From Promethearchaeota archaeon Loki_b31 (GTDB taxonomy: Archaea; Asgardarchaeota; Lokiarchaeia; Sigyniarchaeales; SOKP01): DNA of 64,000 nt. How positions within the stretch are numbered: the first letter of the stretch is position 1; every line of letters begins with the position of its first letter. The stretch is taken from NCBI GenBank assembly GCA_005222975.1, contig NJBI01000005.1, forward strand, positions 63,447 to 127,446, read 5' to 3'. The notes below the pieces were generated by a model. It was given only the letters and a program-made list of their open reading frames with translations, searched no databases and was not told the origin of the DNA. The translations under genes and the position numbers were made by a program. Shown here piece by piece: positions 59,990 through 64,000 of the stretch.

Positions 59990-61306
59990 GTGGAAAAAAA
60001 AATGGTAAAAGAAATAGTAGTTGAACCAGTCACTCGATTAGAAGGCCATGGAGGATTAAGAATTGTTATTGGAGACGATGGTAAAGTAAAGGACGCCCAG
60101 TTTAATATCACTTCAACGAGATTTTTTGAGAAGTTTTGCGAGGGCAGGTATTGCGAGCATGTACCTAGGATTACGCCACGAATTTGTGGAATATGTCCTA
60201 TCCCTCATCACTTAGCTCCAACCAAAGCGGTTGAAGACGCTTGGGGTGTAGAAATACCAACTCCTGCTTTAAAACTTAGACAATTGTTAATGAATGCGAA
60301 GCAGTATTCATCGCATATGTTGCACTTTTACGCGTTAGCGGCACCTGATTTCCTCTTAGGACCTTTTGCAGACCCAGCGTTAAGGAATGTTGTTCATGTG
60401 ATAAACAAGATGCCCGATGTTGGAGCAATGGCATTGAAGATGATGGATTTCGGTCAAAAACTATGCGCTGAAATCGGTGGAAAGTCAGTTCACCCCGTTT
60501 CTGCAATTGTAGGTGGGATGAAAAAACCGATGGACGAAGCTGCAAGGGATAAATTTTTAAAAATGGTTCCTGAGCAAGTTGATTTCATGTTGAAGACAGT
60601 TGATATTGCCCTAAAAGTTGTAACTGATTATTGGGATGTCGTTGCTAATGTAGGTGTTGTGCCAACTTATTATCTTGGTATGACGAAAAACGGAGTACAC
60701 GATATTTACGAAGGCGACCTTAGAATAGTCACTCCCGATGGTAAAAAGATCGATTATGATGTTCATAATTATCTGGATGTTATAGGGGAACACATTCCTG
60801 ATCATTCATACGCTACCCACACGTATTATAAACCAGCGGGATATCCTGATGGCATTTATCGAGCCAATACTCTAGCAATGACGAATTGCGCTGATAAAAT
60901 GGCAACACCATTAGCTGACGGGGCTTTAAAGGAAATGAAAGCCAAAATCGGTGATGTGTCGCATCACACGTTTGCCTATCATTGGGCGCGAATTATTGAA
61001 GCTGTAGAAGCAATTGAATTAATCGCACAATATCTTGAAGACCCTGACATAGTAAATCCCGATTGCAAGACATTAGATGTCGAACCGCGAGAAGGTAACG
61101 GTGTTGGCGTTGTGGAAGCTCCCAGAGGTATATTGTTGTATAATATCTGGTCTGATGATCAAGGTATTTGTAAGAAGTTAAATCTTCTAGTTGCAACGAA
61201 CCATAATATCGCTGGAATCGAGAAGACATTAATGCACGTTGCTAAACAAGTGTTCGAAGATAAGGCCTTGGAAGGATTAAAATTACCAGACCCTTGGATT
61301 AAATAA
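59990..61306 (+). CDS. mvhA: Group 3c hydrogenase large subunit lacking the C-terminal CxxC (split VhuA type)
   Basis: EPVTRLEGHG, RICGIC, EAPRG; ends LPDPWIK with no DPCxxC..H; ATG 60002 is an alternative start. Confidence 0.92.
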   Translation: MEKKMVKEIVVEPVTRLEGHGGLRIVIGDDGKVKDAQFNITSTRFFEKFCEGRYCEHVPRITPRICGICPIPHHLAPTKAVEDAWGVEIPTPALKLRQLLMNAKQYSSHMLHFYALAAPDFLLGPFADPALRNVVHVINKMPDVGAMALKMMDFGQKLCAEIGGKSVHPVSAIVGGMKKPMDEAARDKFLKMVPEQVDFMLKTVDIALKVVTDYWDVVANVGVVPTYYLGMTKNGVHDIYEGDLRIVTPDGKKIDYDVHNYLDVIGEHIPDHSYATHTYYKPAGYPDGIYRANTLAMTNCADKMATPLADGALKEMKAKIGDVSHHTFAYHWARIIEAVEAIELIAQYLEDPDIVNPDCKTLDVEPREGNGVGVVEAPRGILLYNIWSDDQGICKKLNLLVATNHNIAGIEKTLMHVAKQVFEDKALEGLKLPDPWIK

Positions 61307-61335
61307 AAATAAAAAAAGGAAACTGTGAAAGAAAA

Positions 61336-61488
61336 ATGAGCGAAGAAATTCCGGAAGGAGTAGTAAATATCTTAGAAATGATAGTCCGTTGTTTTGACTG
61401 CTGACTATCGTGTGCCGCCCACATTACTGTAGTAAAAGAGGACGGCGAAGAGATTTACTCTCGCAAGTTGAACGTTGGCTTAGGATGA
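61336..61488 (+). CDS. vhuU: Selenoprotein VhuU-type hydrogenase peptide (Sec at codon 23)
   Basis: Not in ORF track. MSEEIPEGVVNILEMIVRCFDC(U)LSCAAHITVVKEDGEEIYSRKLNVGLG*; in-frame TGA 61402-61404 at the first ligand of the L2 motif missing from the large subunit. Confidence 0.92.
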
Positions 61489-61547
61489 ATATCCAATGAA
61501 AATAATAGATTGGATATAACTGCCCCCTGTGCGGGGTAAAAGCCAAT
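61474..61547 (+). promoter_or_regulatory. Candidate SECIS-containing structure at the vhuU stop/3' UTR
   Basis: ATGA + stem ATATCCAAT/ATTGGATAT with A-rich loop GAAAATAATAG; second hairpin TGCCCC/GGGGTA; closing stem GTTGGCTT/AAGCCAAT. Confidence 0.5.
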
Positions 61548-61595
61548 AAATGTTTTAAATAAAAACGAATGAAAAAATGGAAAAAAGTGAAAAAA

Positions 61596-62102
61596 ATGAC
61601 AATAGATTTTGAATTTAGAAAACAAGTTATGGATTATCATATCGGGTCTGATTTGATTAAATATTGCTATCAATGTAGTCGCTGTTCAGACAACTGTCCA
61701 ATTACTAACGTAACGACAGACTTCTATACGACGACAGGATACAACCCAAGAGCTAACATTTTAAAAGCGTTGTTAGGATATAAAGATATGATTTTTTCTG
61801 AAGATCCTTTAGCAATTTGGGGCTGCACGGTTTGCGATACATGCGACGAGGTTTGCCCGCAGAACATAGAATTGACAGAAATCTTTACTTTCTTAAAAAA
61901 CGAGTCCACTAAACAAGGAAATGCGCCTGAATTTATTTATTTACAAGCGAGAGCAATTTTTGATAGTGCAAAAGCAATACCTTCCCAACCTGCTATAGAA
62001 CGCAGACGAGAACAATTAGGTCTACCGGCTGTTGCCGCACCAGATGTAAGCGAATTACAAACTTTATTAAAAAATATAGGAGCAGATAAAAAGCTTAAAT
62101 AG
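61596..62102 (+). CDS. hdrC: Heterodisulfide reductase subunit C (second copy)
   Basis: CYQCSRCSDNCP and CTVCDTCDEVCP; likely start MTIDF at 61596. Confidence 0.88.
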   Translation: MTIDFEFRKQVMDYHIGSDLIKYCYQCSRCSDNCPITNVTTDFYTTTGYNPRANILKALLGYKDMIFSEDPLAIWGCTVCDTCDEVCPQNIELTEIFTFLKNESTKQGNAPEFIYLQARAIFDSAKAIPSQPAIERRREQLGLPAVAAPDVSELQTLLKNIGADKKLK

Positions 62103-62118
62103 GAGGAATGGTGAGAAA

Positions 62119-62991
62119 ATGACAGAATATAAGATGTTTGAGGGTTGTACGATCGGAAACCGCATTCCATTTATAGAAGCCGCTTCCAGAAAAGTTTTTG
62201 ATAAAGTTGGAATTGAGACCTCACAAACGAATTTTTCTTGTTGCCCAGATCCTACGGGCATGAAATCGTTTGATAACGACGCTTGGTTAGCAATCGGCGC
62301 AAGAAATTTATGTTTAGCGGAAGCTGAAGGAAAAGACATAATTTCTCTATGTAATGGTTGTGCTAACACGCTTAGAGGTGTTCAACATCAATTAAAGCAC
62401 GATTCATGGAAAATGGATAAGGTCAATAAAGAGCTCGCTAAAATCGGGAAAGAATATAAAGGCACAATAGACATTAAGCATTTTGTTGATGTGTTGAGCG
62501 ATAATTTAGACAAGGTTAAAGGAGCAATAACTAAGCCACTTGCCGGTCTAAAAGTTGCTGTCCATCCAGGGTGCCATTATATGCGACCAGCCGAGTGGAT
62601 GGAATCAGACGATCCCATGAGACCAACCACGCTAAAGAAACTCGTAGAAGCAAGTGGAGCAACGGTTGTTGATTACGGAGAGGAAATCTTATGCTGCGGA
62701 AGTGCTGTAACTAACGCTTACGAGGAACATGGATTTGCTAACTTAAAGATTAAGATGGATGCCATCAAAAAATCTGGCGCAGATGTGATTGCTGTCAATT
62801 GTCCGGCGTGTTATCAGCAGTTTGATACGAGACAGAGGGATTTAGGTAAAGCTTTTGAAACAGAGTATGGCATTCCAGTTTTATATCTCACAGAAATATA
62901 TGCTTTAGCAATGGGGTTTAGCCCTGATGAATTAGGATTAAAATTTCATCGCACAAGAGTATCTGGAATATTAGAAAAGCTTGGTATGTAG
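62119..62991 (+). CDS. hdrB: Heterodisulfide reductase subunit B (second copy)
   Basis: FEGC, SCCPDP, CNGC, HPGCH, CCGS, CPAC. Confidence 0.92.
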   Translation: MTEYKMFEGCTIGNRIPFIEAASRKVFDKVGIETSQTNFSCCPDPTGMKSFDNDAWLAIGARNLCLAEAEGKDIISLCNGCANTLRGVQHQLKHDSWKMDKVNKELAKIGKEYKGTIDIKHFVDVLSDNLDKVKGAITKPLAGLKVAVHPGCHYMRPAEWMESDDPMRPTTLKKLVEASGATVVDYGEEILCCGSAVTNAYEEHGFANLKIKMDAIKKSGADVIAVNCPACYQQFDTRQRDLGKAFETEYGIPVLYLTEIYALAMGFSPDELGLKFHRTRVSGILEKLGM

Positions 62992-63138
62992 ATAAATAGC
63001 ACAATCTAAAATTTTTTTATTTTATTTCTTACTTATTTTACATTTTCAAACCATCAATTTAAATTTCGTATATGAGTTTAATTGATTTTAATTAAGAACA
63101 AAGATAATGAAAATTATATTGATTTCACTATGAGGTGA

Positions 63139-64000
63139 ATTAGCGTCTTTATTAAAGAACCTTCAAAAAAAATTCCTATAATGGCAAAGACAGATGTTTT
63201 GGTTGTTGGCGGGGGACCTGCAGGTCTTTCTGCAGCTATTGCTGCAGCTAGAGAGGGCGTCGATACATTACTAGTAGAACGCTATGGTTGTTTTGGGGGT
63301 GTAATAACCCAAACATTGGTAGGGACTCCTTCCTGGTATCGCTATGTAAAAACCATAGATGCTGGAGGAATTATTAAAGAATTTGAGCTTAAAGCAAAAG
63401 AAATGAATGGCACTATTAATAGTTTTAATAAAAAAATAAAAACGACAGAGATAGGAAAATTTCTCGAAAAAGAGGGCATACTGATTGATGGAGTCCCGAC
63501 CTATGAAATCTTAGATACTGAAATTTTTAAAGTTCTGGCTGATAATTTAATACTGAAGGCGGGAGTAACCCCTTTACTACATTGTCAAGCTGTTGATGCG
63601 ATCATGGATGGAAGCAAAATTAGTGGAATTATTACAGAAAGCAAATCCGGGAGGCAAGCGATTATGGCTAAACGAATCATCGATGCGACTGGTGATGCCG
63701 ATATCGCTTTTCATGCGGGAGCTCCTTATAGGAAAGACCCCAAAAATAAATTAATGGGAGTAACAGTGAATTTTGGCTGCAGCGGAGTTGATATTAATAA
63801 ATTTATTTCTTATCTTTTAGATAAAATGCAGAAGAAACCCAATTTCATCCCATATCTTAAACAATCCGGTGAACTTTTTTTTATGGATGATTTTACATGT
63901 TTCTTAGAACCAATGAATAGAGCCAATAAAGAAGACATGGTTCCGGAGTATATCCCGATAAAAAAGATATGGAACCAATATGTAGAATTAGGAATTATCA
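63139..64000 (+). CDS. FAD-dependent oxidoreductase (runs off window end)
   Basis: Not in ORF track. DVLVVGGGPAGLSAAIAAAREG, ERYGCFGG, IDATGDAD; start uncertain (ATT 63139, ATT 63151 or ATG 63181). Confidence 0.85.
   Translation, partial: MSVFIKEPSKKIPIMAKTDVLVVGGGPAGLSAAIAAAREGVDTLLVERYGCFGGVITQTLVGTPSWYRYVKTIDAGGIIKEFELKAKEMNGTINSFNKKIKTTEIGKFLEKEGILIDGVPTYEILDTEIFKVLADNLILKAGVTPLLHCQAVDAIMDGSKISGIITESKSGRQAIMAKRIIDATGDADIAFHAGAPYRKDPKNKLMGVTVNFGCSGVDINKFISYLLDKMQKKPNFIPYLKQSGELFFMDDFTCFLEPMNRANKEDMVPEYIPIKKIWNQYVELGII

Noticed and set aside
61455-61673. Short antisense or overlapping ORFs throughout the track (for example 5017-5226, 6305-6628, 13239-13604, 23884-24192, 58987-59466, 61455-61673)
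   Set aside because: Shadows of well-supported genes on the other strand or frame, with no motifs
19152-62991. Methanogenesis inferred from hdr/mvh/fwd/fae genes
   Set aside because: No mcr or mtr genes in the window; these modules also occur in non-methanogenic archaea
1-64000. CRISPR array, rRNA, transposase, integrase or provirus
   Set aside because: No regularly spaced repeats, rRNA-like GC-rich tracts or recognisable mobile-element proteins found by eye

Overview
Low-GC archaeal chromosomal segment, most consistent with Lokiarchaeia (Asgard archaea). This is inferred from the Rag-like small GTPase, roadblock and longin-like proteins, an IPGF-type C-terminal anchor, FwdA/Fae/Hdr/Mvh energy genes and frequent TTG/GTG starts. 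Core content: two hdr clusters (hdrCBA; mvhG-mvhA-vhuU-hdrC-hdrB), a truncated mvhD, hypE/D/F, dsrEFH, a 2-oxoacid:ferredoxin oxidoreductase, AOR, fwdA, mobA, two purF paralogues, cysE-cysK, cysS with a tRNA-Cys, two histidine kinases, an MNT-HEPN toxin-antitoxin pair and four genes each broken by a single stop or frameshift. Main items the ORF track misses or does not explain: (1) a tRNA-Cys(GCA) with a 31-nt BHB-type intron at position 10/11, a decoy copy of the acceptor strand in its leader and a long variable arm; (2) a 50-aa selenoprotein (VhuU-type, in-frame UGA, DCUxxCxxH) with a candidate SECIS; (3) an apparent operon linking a Rag-like GTPase, a MASE3/PAS histidine kinase and a response regulator whose output domain looks longin/uDENN-like; (4) a DapA-family aldolase fused to formaldehyde-activating enzyme; (5) a GC-rich hairpin replacing part of dsrE in frame; (6) a structured ~170-nt element between 30-bp direct repeats. 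No CRISPR array, rRNA, transposase or integrase was seen. All family calls are from motif recognition by eye; no searches were run.
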